From positions 1,532 to 65,531 of the forward strand of contig CAMXAU010000014.1 of NCBI GenBank assembly GCA_947179325.1: a DNA stretch of 64,000 nucleotides. Direction: 5' to 3'. Below the pieces are notes generated by a model. It had not been told where the DNA came from. It ran no database searches and saw only the letters and a list, made by a program, of their open reading frames with translations. Of the stretch, positions 1-9,733 are shown one piece after another. The stretch is from an uncultured Bacteroidales bacterium. GTDB lineage: Bacteria; Bacteroidota; Bacteroidia; Bacteroidales; UBA932. The position numbers and the translations under genes were made by a program. Position 1 is the first letter of the stretch; each line of letters begins with the position of its first letter.

Positions 1-1004
1 CTTTCTACAGCATCCATATAGCTTTCCGGGAATTCGTTTCTGAATCCGTTGAGGTCTGCAATCAGCAGGGACTTGTAGAAGATCTCAATTGTGGCGAGGT
101 GGTAATGCGGGTCAAGTTCGTAATGGCCGCCGTCTGGAAGCACCTGTTTCTCTATCTCCCTGTTGAGGATTTCAACGCCGCTTCTTCTCCAGCTCTCAGC
201 TTCCTTGAACTCAGGAAAGAAGGAACCGGCGAGAAGCATCCTCTGCGCTTCGAAGAGAAGGTGGTTTCCTTGTGCGGACCAGTTGCCCATGATGTGTACG
301 GCATGCCTGTGGTAGTTCACGAGAAATTCTGTCAGGAACTCAGGGGTGAATGCCGGCGAGTCAATGAAAAGCTGGAACTGGAGACATTGGTCCTGCAGCC
401 TGTGGCTTGTCTCCAGCGGACGCCATGCAAACCTTGAGTTTTCTGCATCTTTCCCGTACTGGATATTGTCATTAATCTCGTATGCATCTCTGCTGACCTT
501 TACGAGAGGGTTCTTGCGTATCCAGTCAATATATTGCCTTGCCCATTCTTCGGCATATTTCTCATCCCCGCTTGTACGGTAGGCCTTTCCCATTGGGGTG
601 AACCATTTGTGCCGGTGCAGCTGCCATCGCAGCTCGTTGTCCTGTACTGGCCAGTATTTCCAGTCTATGTCTTCTCCGTAGTTGAATGAGGGCTGATATC
701 CATAGTGTACGAAAAAGGTGTGCCCGAGGGCTTCATCAGCCCATTTCTGCTCCTCTTTGTTGATTCCTATGTCTCCAGGATCCTTTATGTCAGGCGTGCA
801 GATTCCCTTGCGTGTGCGGTACCATTCAAGGAGAGCTACAGCCGCAGCCTTGTCGTCGCCTTCTGAATGAAGGGACTTGACAACTGCAAGCCCTGGATGG
901 TCAAGGTCAAGCAAATCAAATACTTCCGTCCTCAGGTCCTGTGCGCAGATTGTGTATGCAATGGAGGTCATCAGTGCGATGGCCGCTGATATATGTCTTT
1001 TCAT
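1..1004 (-). CDS. Heparinase II/III family lyase (PL12, heparinase III-like), truncated by the window's left edge
   Basis: Not in the ORF track (no stop in window). Manual translation from ATG at 1004: MKRHISAAIALMTSIAYTICAQDLRTEVFDLLDLDHPGL...DNELRWQLHRHKWF...WRRLETSHR...GNHHLFEAQR...DGGHYELDPHYHL, typical PL12 N-terminal motifs with an SPI signal; next to GH88. Confidence 0.88.
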   Translation of the reverse strand, partial: MKRHISAAIALMTSIAYTICAQDLRTEVFDLLDLDHPGLAVVKSLHSEGDDKAAAVALLEWYRTRKGICTPDIKDPGDIGINKEEQKWADEALGHTFFVHYGYQPSFNYGEDIDWKYWPVQDNELRWQLHRHKWFTPMGKAYRTSGDEKYAEEWARQYIDWIRKNPLVKVSRDAYEINDNIQYGKDAENSRFAWRPLETSHRLQDQCLQFQLFIDSPAFTPEFLTEFLVNYHRHAVHIMGNWSAQGNHLLFEAQRMLLAGSFFPEFKEAESWRRSGVEILNREIEKQVLPDGGHYELDPHYHLATIEIFYKSLLIADLNGFRNEFPESYMDAVE

Positions 1005-1046
1005 CTCGATATCAATGATATTGTTGAACAGGGAAGTGTATGTGAA

Positions 1047-2321
1047 TTAAAGTCTGCTGTATTCCAGGCCTTTGATTTCCATATATCTCTTGATGGCCTC
1101 AAGATAGTAGTAGTCAGCATAGTTCAGTGCCGTGTCCACCTCTGAGCCGTGAGGGAGGGACCCTGTTGAATGCATCAGGATGAAGCCGTCATTCTCGCCT
1201 GGCGTGGAAAGATAGGCCGGGGATGAAAGGCTTCTGAGAATACCTTCTGCATAGTCAAAGTATCTCTGCCCCTCAGATATGAATGTGCTCAGTTCGAACA
1301 GTCCGCATGAGGTGACAGCAGCTGCCGAGGCGTCACGTGGTGTCTTCGGGCTTTCCGGGGCATCATAGTCCCAATATGGGATGAGGTCATCGGTGTTCAC
1401 CCTTGACATTATCATGTCTGCAATCTCTTGCGCGAATGCGAGATATGTGCTGTCTCCGGTTTCACGGAAGCATTCTGTGTATCCATAGACTCCCCATGCC
1501 TGCCCGCGGGCCCAGGCGGAGTCATCGTTCCTGCCCTGGAATGTCTGCCTGCATTCAACTGTTCCGTCATTGTTGTAGCTGACGACATGCCAGCTGGTAC
1601 GGTCCGGACGGAAATGGTTTGCAAGGGTGGTGTTTGCATGGCGGATGGCTATATCCCTGTACTTTCTGTCCCCGGTCAGCCTCTCTGCGTTGAAAAGCAG
1701 TTCGAGATTCATCATGTTGTCTATTATTACAGGGTAGTTCCATGGGCCGAAATCCCAAGATCGTATCGCCCCTATGCCGCTGTGGAAACGTGAGCATAGA
1801 TTGTCCGCAGTCTCGACAAGGACAGTCGCGACAGTGTCGTCCGGCGAGAGCCTCAGTGCATTCCCGTAGCTGCAGTTCATCATGAACCCGAGGTCATGTG
1901 TGCCATTGTAGCTTCTTATCGGGTTGAGCATGTTTGTGTATTTCACGGCTTCTTCTTTTAGCTCCTTGTCTCCCGTGATTTCAAATCCGTACCAGAGCGA
2001 GCCAGGGAAGAATCCGCTCCTCCAGTCATAGATGCCGCAGAGGTTCATCTTCCCTATCTTGTCTGCAGGCGGGCATGCCCTGAGGGAATCCATGAATGCA
2101 GAAGGCTCCTTGCCGAGCTGCCATCCAAGGAATTCCAGGTCCTGTCCTGCATAGTTGCAGCATGGCAGCATGTCTGTGCCGTCTGCCTTCTCTGCTGCAA
2201 TCTTCAGCTGTGCCACTGATGTGTCAATGCCGTTCTTGAGCCATCCGTAGTCTTCATTGCTGACATTGCACGAAATGGCCGCCCCTAAAATTAGTGTTAC
2301 AGAAATTGATCTGATTCTCAT
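1047..2321 (-). CDS. GH88 unsaturated glucuronyl hydrolase (lipoprotein)
   Basis: Motifs WRSGFFPGSLW, THDLGF, IIDNMMNLELL, WARGQAW, RDASAAA, YADYYYLEA; lipobox AAISC. Confidence 0.93.
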   Translation of the reverse strand: MRIRSISVTLILGAAISCNVSNEDYGWLKNGIDTSVAQLKIAAEKADGTDMLPCCNYAGQDLEFLGWQLGKEPSAFMDSLRACPPADKIGKMNLCGIYDWRSGFFPGSLWYGFEITGDKELKEEAVKYTNMLNPIRSYNGTHDLGFMMNCSYGNALRLSPDDTVATVLVETADNLCSRFHSGIGAIRSWDFGPWNYPVIIDNMMNLELLFNAERLTGDRKYRDIAIRHANTTLANHFRPDRTSWHVVSYNNDGTVECRQTFQGRNDDSAWARGQAWGVYGYTECFRETGDSTYLAFAQEIADMIMSRVNTDDLIPYWDYDAPESPKTPRDASAAAVTSCGLFELSTFISEGQRYFDYAEGILRSLSSPAYLSTPGENDGFILMHSTGSLPHGSEVDTALNYADYYYLEAIKRYMEIKGLEYSRL

Positions 2322-2352
2322 GTCTACGATTTGTTGAAGATTTCAATGGATG

Positions 2353-2360
2353 CAAATTTA
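2353..2360 (-). promoter_or_regulatory. Bacteroidetes housekeeping-sigma -7 box for GH88/PL12 operon
   Basis: Minus strand reads TAAATTTG(CA), matching TAnnTTTG, 32 bp upstream of the GH88 start. Confidence 0.55.
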
Positions 2361-2389
2361 CCCGTAATACCTTTTTATATATCTCCCTA

Positions 2390-2478
2390 TTGTCCAAATG
2401 TGATTAAATACTATTGAAATTATATTGTTTTTGTCCAGAATTGCCTCAATTCTGCTTTCTTCCGGTGGTTTTGGACAA
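2390..2478. promoter_or_regulatory. Candidate HTCS operator boxes TTGTCCA in the divergent promoter region
   Basis: TTGTCCA at 2390 and 2431, inverted copy TGGACAA at 2472; 41-bp spacing. Confidence 0.35.
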
Positions 2479-2569
2479 AAATGAGATTTTTTTCAACAGA
2501 AATGGTGGGCGTTAATCGTTTTTGGGGTAAATAAGGATAAAACAAAAACTCTCCAAAGTGCACAAGAGG

Positions 2570-2577
2570 TAATTTTG
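2570..2577 (+). promoter_or_regulatory. -7 box for the SGBP-susC-susD operon
   Basis: TAATTTTG matches TAnnTTTG; argues against the TTG start at 2575 and for ATG 2626/2638. Confidence 0.5.
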
Positions 2578-2625
2578 TATAACGTAACGTATCACATTAA
2601 AGGCAGCAATGCCGCACTAAAATTT

Positions 2626-4854
2626 ATGACAGAGAATATGAAACAGAGAACAAGGCTGCAAGAAAGATTGAAATCCTTGCTGAAATGCCCGCTGTGGGCG
2701 GCTGCATTGATGTCTATCGTCTTTTATGCCGGTTTCGTCTCATGCGGGAGTGACTCCCTTGTGACAGATACTTCATTTGCCCTGTATTATCCGGGAATAA
2801 GTGAAGTCTGTCCGGGAACTAATATCAATGTCACTCCGACCTGGCATGGGGAGAAACCGGTTGACTTTTCCATCATTGGAGTGAAATTCAACGCCATGCC
2901 TGTGGAGACCGCATGCTTTTCCGTGGATTCGCAGACAGGTGTGTTCAGCATAGGCGGGTCGGACAATATTCCTACCGGAATCTATACAATAGATATGGAA
3001 TGCCGGTCTGGAGGTGTAAGGTATTCCTATATTGATGCGATAACCATAAACATGATGAAGCCTATACCGGACGGAATATTCCTTACTCCGTCCGAGATTA
3101 CCGTGACATTGTCTGAAATCCTGGAGGGGACGGCTGACGAGATGCCGGTCGCCAGGATAACGACCGATGAGAACAGGCATGTGCAGATCAAGAAATACCT
3201 TATATCGAATGTCTACAGGAACGGGGACCTCCATAATGAGACAAAGGACTGGTTTGATCTCAATCCTTCAACGGGGGTCTTTACAGTATTGCCGGGAAAC
3301 AGCGGCTTTGAGCCAGGGGTGTATACGTTTGATTTCAAGCTTACAACGTATGCTGTGGGAAGCGAGGACGAGGATGGCCTCTTCACGAAGGCCTTGAGGC
3401 TTGATGTTGTCTCCGCACCGTATGCCCTGGACTACTCTCCTGCTGTCTCCACGATTGAAATAGGATATTCCGGCAAGTCGGTGAAACCAGAGATAAAAGG
3501 CTCTCTGGACGGGCTTGTCTATTCGCTGAAGTCTGTGCTGCCAGACAATTCAATAGGGATTACTGTTGACGATGCTACAGGTGTCATACGTTTCCCGGAG
3601 AACAGTGATGTCAGGAAAGGAGATGAATATACGGTCAGTGTGACTGCGGCGAATGCGTATGGGGAAATGGATTTTGACAACGTCTATACCTTCAACGTGA
3701 CGGATTTCATCTTCCCTCTGACTGTGCTGGAGTATGATGATATAGACGAGGTGATTACCGGGGTCTCATTTGAGCTCCCTGTCAGGAAAATGACAGGTGA
3801 TGAGGTGTCCTTCTCATTTGATGCCCTTCCGCAGAGCCTTTCCGGGCTGAAGATAAATCCTGCAGACGGGACCGTGTCGTGCGAGAAAGGGACACAGCTT
3901 CCGGTAGGGCTCCATGAAGTGACGGTCTTTGCGAGGAATATCAAGAGCGAGATACGGGCAACGTTCCACATAAACATCGTCGCTAACCCTTATATGTTCA
4001 CATATGTCCGTTGGGGAAACAACCTCGGTCTGTCCCCGATTGAGGAATACGGCAACCAGTTCAGGATCCGTCAGGGAGACCAGGACCTTGTCGTCCCTGT
4101 CGCAGAAAGTGATATCCCGGCCGGTGCCCCTGTGGAATTCACTTTTGTCAACAAGACCTCTGGCTCAAGCTATGAAATGGGGGCGAGCCTTGGAGAGGAC
4201 GGTACCATAACCATAGTCCCTCAGACAAAGGGAGGCCCGGCTGCGAGGACGTATTTTGGTGTGATAACAGTCACTGTCGGAGGGGATTCCGAGGCTGCGG
4301 TCTCAAGGCAGTTCCCTCTGTTCGTGGACCAGGCCGGCTATGTCGGGGGATACAGCATCTCGTACACGCCTTTCGCCTTCAGGGTGAATCCGAGGACAGG
4401 AGGGACTTCTGAGTCGCCTGTTGTCATGAAGGAAGACGGTGGCGCAGTCAACGGGTTTACGATGGACTACAGGAGGAACTTCTATTTCTACAGGCTGGGT
4501 GGCCCGGAGCAGCATGTGGAGGGCAAGCTGGCGACAGATACATTCCTGTATGCACCATGGTATAAATATTATTCTTCCCTGAACAAGGCTGTGAACACAG
4601 GGGCCAATTCCCCGATGTCATGGTATGGCGATTCAAACGGGGACCGTGGCTGGCTCGGGCTGTGTGCGGCATATGTTAACCCAGGTGACCTTAAGCTCGT
4701 GGTAAACCCTGACAAGTATGTGGATGACTATGGATATGCCGATGGTGTGGTAATCGGTACAATGCAGTATAATGTCAACAACAATAACCCGGTGACAACA
4801 GGTACAGAGGTATTCCCGATCATGATATGGCTGGACCCAAGTTACAACAGATAA
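2626..4854 (+). CDS. Surface glycan-binding lipoprotein (BT4661-like, tandem Ig-like domains)
   Basis: ORF 2575..4854; lipobox GFVSC; beta-rich repeats; directly upstream of susC as in the B. thetaiotaomicron heparin PUL. Start uncertain (2626/2638/2710). Confidence 0.72.
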   Translation: MTENMKQRTRLQERLKSLLKCPLWAAALMSIVFYAGFVSCGSDSLVTDTSFALYYPGISEVCPGTNINVTPTWHGEKPVDFSIIGVKFNAMPVETACFSVDSQTGVFSIGGSDNIPTGIYTIDMECRSGGVRYSYIDAITINMMKPIPDGIFLTPSEITVTLSEILEGTADEMPVARITTDENRHVQIKKYLISNVYRNGDLHNETKDWFDLNPSTGVFTVLPGNSGFEPGVYTFDFKLTTYAVGSEDEDGLFTKALRLDVVSAPYALDYSPAVSTIEIGYSGKSVKPEIKGSLDGLVYSLKSVLPDNSIGITVDDATGVIRFPENSDVRKGDEYTVSVTAANAYGEMDFDNVYTFNVTDFIFPLTVLEYDDIDEVITGVSFELPVRKMTGDEVSFSFDALPQSLSGLKINPADGTVSCEKGTQLPVGLHEVTVFARNIKSEIRATFHINIVANPYMFTYVRWGNNLGLSPIEEYGNQFRIRQGDQDLVVPVAESDIPAGAPVEFTFVNKTSGSSYEMGASLGEDGTITIVPQTKGGPAARTYFGVITVTVGGDSEAAVSRQFPLFVDQAGYVGGYSISYTPFAFRVNPRTGGTSESPVVMKEDGGAVNGFTMDYRRNFYFYRLGGPEQHVEGKLATDTFLYAPWYKYYSSLNKAVNTGANSPMSWYGDSNGDRGWLGLCAAYVNPGDLKLVVNPDKYVDDYGYADGVVIGTMQYNVNNNNPVTTGTEVFPIMIWLDPSYNR

Positions 4855-4865
4855 CAGTATTGATT

Positions 4866-7800
4866 ATGAATAACAGGATGTATAGAATTATTCTGGCTCT
4901 CGTCATGTCTCTGCTATGTACCGGGACATTTTCGCAGGAGAGGACTATAACAGTGTCCGGCACGGTCACAGACGAGAACGGGGAGCCGCTCCCGGGTGCG
5001 GGGGTGCTGATAGAGGGGACTTCCAGCGGTGAGATTACTGATCTGGACGGAAAGTATTCCATAAGGGTTGGCTCCCAGGGGGCATTGGTGTTCAGCTTCA
5101 TCGGGTACAGGCCCGTGACATTGTCTGTGCGCGGCAGGGATAAGATGAATGTCTCGCTTGAACCTGACAGGACAATCCTTGATGAGGCTGTTGTGGTAGG
5201 ATACGGCACAATGAAAAGGAGTGACCTTACAGGCTCTGTCTCATCCGTAGGGGCGAAGGCCATTGAAAGCTTCAAGACCGGAACCGTGCTGGAGGCTCTT
5301 GGTGGCCAGATTGCAGGTGTCAATATCACTGCTGCGGATGGAACTCCTGGAGGTGATTTTGATATCAAGATACGTGGTGTGGGGACAGTGAACGGGGATT
5401 CTTCACCGTTGTATATTGTTGACGGGTTTGAGGTTGACAACATCAGCTTCCTCGCCAACCAGGATATCGCCTCCATAGATGTCCTGAAGGATGCATCCGC
5501 TTCCGCCATCTATGGGGCAAGGGCGGCGAATGGAGTTGTGCTCGTCACGACAAAATCAGGAAGGAACGGGCGGACGGAGGTCTCGTACAATGGCTCTGCA
5601 AGCTACAGGACATTGTCCCGTCAGCTTGATGTCCTTGACCCGTATGAATTCGTGAAGCTTCAGCTTGAACTGAATCCCACCAGATATGCAGACCGCTATT
5701 TCAAGGTCGGGGAAGATGCAAATGGCAAGGCGTACCGTTTCCAGAGCCTTGATGACTATATGGGGGCAGATACAGGTATCGACTGGCAGTATGAGGCATT
5801 CCGTCCGACATGGTCGCAGAGCCATGACGTGAGTGTCATCGGCGGAAATGCTGATACCCAGTATTCTGTGTCATTCTCTCATTTTGATGAGGCGGGAATC
5901 TTTGAAAGCAATACTTTCAGGAAGGACAATGCCCGCGTGAAGTTTTCCCAGAAGATTTTCAGGTGGCTTAAGCTTGATGCTTCCGTGAACTATACGCGCA
6001 GCAAGGATACCGGTATCGGTACGGGCGGGAGTACATTGAGCAACATAATCCAGTATCGTCCGGTCGGGGGGCTTTATGTCTCGGACTGGCAGCTGCGGTA
6101 CAATATGGTTGACCCGATGCTTGAAGAGGTCGGCCTGTCAAGCTCGAATTACTTTAACCCTATCCTTAACGCGGAGACTGTCGACCAGGTCAAGAACATT
6201 GACCAGTGGATCGCGAATGCGTCACTGTCTTTCAATCTGGCGAAGGGGCTTACGTTCAGGACATCTGCTTCGTATAATACTGCATTCAGGCGTGATGACG
6301 TGTTCTATGGCTCTGAAAGCTCCAATGCGATACGCGGCTCCGGACCGTATGGAAGTTCAAAGACCACGAGGACATTGAGATGGTCCAACAGCAATGTGCT
6401 TTCGTATGACAGGACATTTGCAAAGAAGCATACTATGCAGCTGACATTCGGGCATGAGGTGTCTTACAGTCTGGTGCAGTTCCTTTCCGGCGAGGCCAGG
6501 GAGTTCCCGCTGGATGCACTTGGGGTGGACAATCTTGGACTTGGTGCCGTCCCGAGCGCCGTGTCCACAGGCAAGACAGACAACAGGCGCCTGTCGTTCT
6601 TTGCCCGGGGATTCTATAACTATGACGACAGGTACATGCTGACAGCTACAGTCCGTGCCGATGCCTCCACAGTCTTCTCCGACAGCCATAAATGGGGATG
6701 CTTCCCTTCTTTTTCTGCGGCATGGAACATTGCCAATGAGCATTTCATGGACGGTGTGGCATGGCTGTCGAACCTTAAGCTGAGGGCTGGATGGGGTGTT
6801 GTCGGAAATGACAGGATCAGCAGCTATCTGTCGCTTGACCTGTATAATCCCCTCAAGTATGGTGCGGGCTCGTCACAGGTGACTGTGCTCCAGCCGAGCC
6901 AGCTTTCCAACAAGGACCTGAAATGGGAGGGGGCGATGACCACGAATGCCGGTATTGACCTTGGCTTCTGGGACAACAGGCTCAATATCACCGTTGACGG
7001 GTTCATAAAGGACTCCCGGGACCTGCTTCTGGCACAGAACCTTTCGCTTGTCACAGGATTTGAGTCCCAGTGGCAGAATGTCGGCAAGCTGCGCAATAAA
7101 GGCATAGAGATAAGCATAAGTTCCGTAAACTTCAACCGTCGGCACTTCTTCTGGTCGACTGATTTCAACATATCCTTCATAAGGAATACTCTCGTGGCTC
7201 TCCAGGACGGCTCTGACTATATTCTCTCCCGTTCCGGCTTCAATTCCAATTTCGCAAGCTATGACTACATCGCCCAGGTAGGGCAGCCTATCGGAAGCAT
7301 GTACGGGTATGTGTTTGACGGCATCTACCAGTATTCGGACTTTGATATCTATGCGGACGGGACAATGCACCTGAAGCCAGGTGTCCCGGATATAAGTGAA
7401 CATGCAGGGGAGACGGTCTCACCCGGCTTTGTGAAATACAGGGACATTGACGGGGACGGGATAATCACTGCGGCGGACAGGACAATAATAGGGAACGGGC
7501 AGCCGGACTGGTTCGGGGGCATCACCAACAGTTTCCAGTTCTATGGAGTGGATTTCAGCTTCATGCTGCAGTTCACCTACGGTAATGATGTCTATAATGC
7601 GCAGAGGATGTTCAGCACACAGTCAAGGCTTGAGATGCAGAATTTCCTTGGCGAGGTGAGGGACAGGTGGACTGCCTCCAATGCCTCCTCCAAGGTGCCT
7701 TCGGCAAAGGGATATGTTGCATACGATGTCTATTCAAGGTTTATCGAAGATGGCTCCTTCCTGAGGCTGAAGAACATCACCCTCGGGTATACTGTACCGG

Positions 7801-7994
7801 AAAGGTTGACCAGGAAGATGTATGTGAGCAAGCTGAGGGTATATGCAAGCGCCCAGAACCTTTTCTGCCTTACAGGATATTCCGGCTACGACCCTGAGGT
7901 GAACATGAAATCCACGCCTCTGATGCCGAGCTTTGACTATGGCGCATATCCGAGAAGCCGTGTATTCACTTTCGGCCTGGAACTTAAATTCTAA
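4866..7994 (+). CDS. SusC-like TonB-dependent transporter
   Basis: CarboxypepD-like N-terminus, VVVGYG, LKDASASAIYGARAANGVVLVTTK plug motif, C-terminal YP...FTFGLELKF. Confidence 0.96.
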   Translation: MNNRMYRIILALVMSLLCTGTFSQERTITVSGTVTDENGEPLPGAGVLIEGTSSGEITDLDGKYSIRVGSQGALVFSFIGYRPVTLSVRGRDKMNVSLEPDRTILDEAVVVGYGTMKRSDLTGSVSSVGAKAIESFKTGTVLEALGGQIAGVNITAADGTPGGDFDIKIRGVGTVNGDSSPLYIVDGFEVDNISFLANQDIASIDVLKDASASAIYGARAANGVVLVTTKSGRNGRTEVSYNGSASYRTLSRQLDVLDPYEFVKLQLELNPTRYADRYFKVGEDANGKAYRFQSLDDYMGADTGIDWQYEAFRPTWSQSHDVSVIGGNADTQYSVSFSHFDEAGIFESNTFRKDNARVKFSQKIFRWLKLDASVNYTRSKDTGIGTGGSTLSNIIQYRPVGGLYVSDWQLRYNMVDPMLEEVGLSSSNYFNPILNAETVDQVKNIDQWIANASLSFNLAKGLTFRTSASYNTAFRRDDVFYGSESSNAIRGSGPYGSSKTTRTLRWSNSNVLSYDRTFAKKHTMQLTFGHEVSYSLVQFLSGEAREFPLDALGVDNLGLGAVPSAVSTGKTDNRRLSFFARGFYNYDDRYMLTATVRADASTVFSDSHKWGCFPSFSAAWNIANEHFMDGVAWLSNLKLRAGWGVVGNDRISSYLSLDLYNPLKYGAGSSQVTVLQPSQLSNKDLKWEGAMTTNAGIDLGFWDNRLNITVDGFIKDSRDLLLAQNLSLVTGFESQWQNVGKLRNKGIEISISSVNFNRRHFFWSTDFNISFIRNTLVALQDGSDYILSRSGFNSNFASYDYIAQVGQPIGSMYGYVFDGIYQYSDFDIYADGTMHLKPGVPDISEHAGETVSPGFVKYRDIDGDGIITAADRTIIGNGQPDWFGGITNSFQFYGVDFSFMLQFTYGNDVYNAQRMFSTQSRLEMQNFLGEVRDRWTASNASSKVPSAKGYVAYDVYSRFIEDGSFLRLKNITLGYTVPERLTRKMYVSKLRVYASAQNLFCLTGYSGYDPEVNMKSTPLMPSFDYGAYPRSRVFTFGLELKF

Positions 7995-8000
7995 ACAGTG

Positions 8001-9713
8001 ATGAACATGAAGAGAAATATATTGATCATTATAGCCTTTACCTGCATGGCAATGAATTCCTGCTCCCTTGATGAAAAGGCGTATACGCAGGTGGAGATGG
8101 GTACATATATCAAGGACGCCCGGCAGGCCGAGACAGTCCTGCTTGGAATCTACAGGCAGATGAATGTCGATGACATATATGGACTTAACCTGTCGATGCT
8201 TTTCCAGCTCCCTACAGATGAGGCAAAGGTTGAGGGGAATGGCCTTACAGGCAACCGCCTGCAGGCAAGCAACGCCTACAGCACTTCCGACTCGTATGTC
8301 CAGGGGTCATGGGGCGCATTGTATAAGGGTATCTATTTCGCAAACAGCTTCCTTGAGGCGATGGATGTGAAAATGGATGTATTCACTTCATCAGACAAGG
8401 CCTTGGGTGAGGTGTATGTCGCAGAGGCAAGGGCATTGAGGGCGCTGTTCTATTTTGAACTGGTGCGCTGGTTCGGGCATGTCCCCCTGATAACCTCGAC
8501 TGCGCAGTCTGCACTTCATCCGTCGCTGTTTGAGCAGGCGGCTCCGGAAGATGTGTTCAGGTTTATTGAAGAGGACCTGAAATATGCAATAGATGTGCTT
8601 CCCTATGCTTCAGATGATGCGTTGAGGGCGGATAACAGCTTCAGGATCTCGAAGGGAGGTGCACTTGGGCTTTTGACAAAGGTATATGCGACATGGGCTG
8701 GATATCCGGTCTGCGATTCATCCAGATGGAGCCTGGCAGTCCAGACAGCAGAGGAGCTGATCGCTTCCGGAAGGCATTATCTCCTGACAGATTTCACACA
8801 GCTGTGGAAAAATGCGGGAAACAATATATGGGACAGCAGAGAAAGCCTTCTTGAGATATCATTCTATTCCCCCCAGTCTACAAATTCGTCAAGCGGACGT
8901 GTGGGCAAATGGAATGGTGTGACTGCGGCGCAGGGATCTATCAGGGGGAACTATAATTTTGCGATTTTCAAGGTCGTGCCGACCTTTATAAAGGAATGGA
9001 AAGAGGCAAATGAAGGTGACCTGAGATGGGGAGTCTCATTCGCTGACTACAAGTATACGGCAGCTGATTACAGGATAGCCCTCACCACTGCGAAGGTGAA
9101 CAATGTGACAACGGAGATTACATTTGAGATGGCGATGGATGACAGCAATGAATACTGGTCCCCGGACTGGAGAAAGGGCATGTGCTATCTGATGACTCCG
9201 GCAAAGTGGGATACTGAAATCTATGTGGACGACGCCAACCAGCTTGCTGACAACAACTACTCGAACGTCAACTGGTATCTCCTGAGATATGCTGACGTCC
9301 TGCTCCTCTATGCCGAGGCGCTTAATGAAATGAACCAGGGCCCGGACGACAAGGCGTACGAGGCTGTGAACATGGTAAGGAGGAGAGGATATGGCCTGAA
9401 CTATACAAAGCCTTCACTGGAGGCAGACCTTCCGGCCGGGCTTTCGTATGAGGAGTTCCGCGATGCCATATATGCTGAACGGTCGTATGAACTTGCCTTC
9501 GAGGGACACCGCCGCCAGGACCTGATCCGCTGGGGCATATACTACGACAGGGTCCAGGAGACCTATTACCGGCAGATGGACTGGCATGAACTGGGGGCTG
9601 ACTATTATATCGGTGCACTCTATACCTACAGGAACAAGAACGAATTGCTCCCTATCCCGCAGAGGGAAATGGACCTTTGCAGCAGATTTGAACAGAACCA
9701 GGGATGGAAATAA
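8001..9713 (+). CDS. SusD-like lipoprotein
   Basis: Lipobox MNSC; ARALRALFYFELVRWFG, LLRYADVLLLYAEA, ERSYELAFEGHR, LLPIP...QNQGW. Confidence 0.95.
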   Translation: MNMKRNILIIIAFTCMAMNSCSLDEKAYTQVEMGTYIKDARQAETVLLGIYRQMNVDDIYGLNLSMLFQLPTDEAKVEGNGLTGNRLQASNAYSTSDSYVQGSWGALYKGIYFANSFLEAMDVKMDVFTSSDKALGEVYVAEARALRALFYFELVRWFGHVPLITSTAQSALHPSLFEQAAPEDVFRFIEEDLKYAIDVLPYASDDALRADNSFRISKGGALGLLTKVYATWAGYPVCDSSRWSLAVQTAEELIASGRHYLLTDFTQLWKNAGNNIWDSRESLLEISFYSPQSTNSSSGRVGKWNGVTAAQGSIRGNYNFAIFKVVPTFIKEWKEANEGDLRWGVSFADYKYTAADYRIALTTAKVNNVTTEITFEMAMDDSNEYWSPDWRKGMCYLMTPAKWDTEIYVDDANQLADNNYSNVNWYLLRYADVLLLYAEALNEMNQGPDDKAYEAVNMVRRRGYGLNYTKPSLEADLPAGLSYEEFRDAIYAERSYELAFEGHRRQDLIRWGIYYDRVQETYYRQMDWHELGADYYIGALYTYRNKNELLPIPQREMDLCSRFEQNQGWK

Positions 9714-9733
9714 TTAATAAACACATGAATTAT

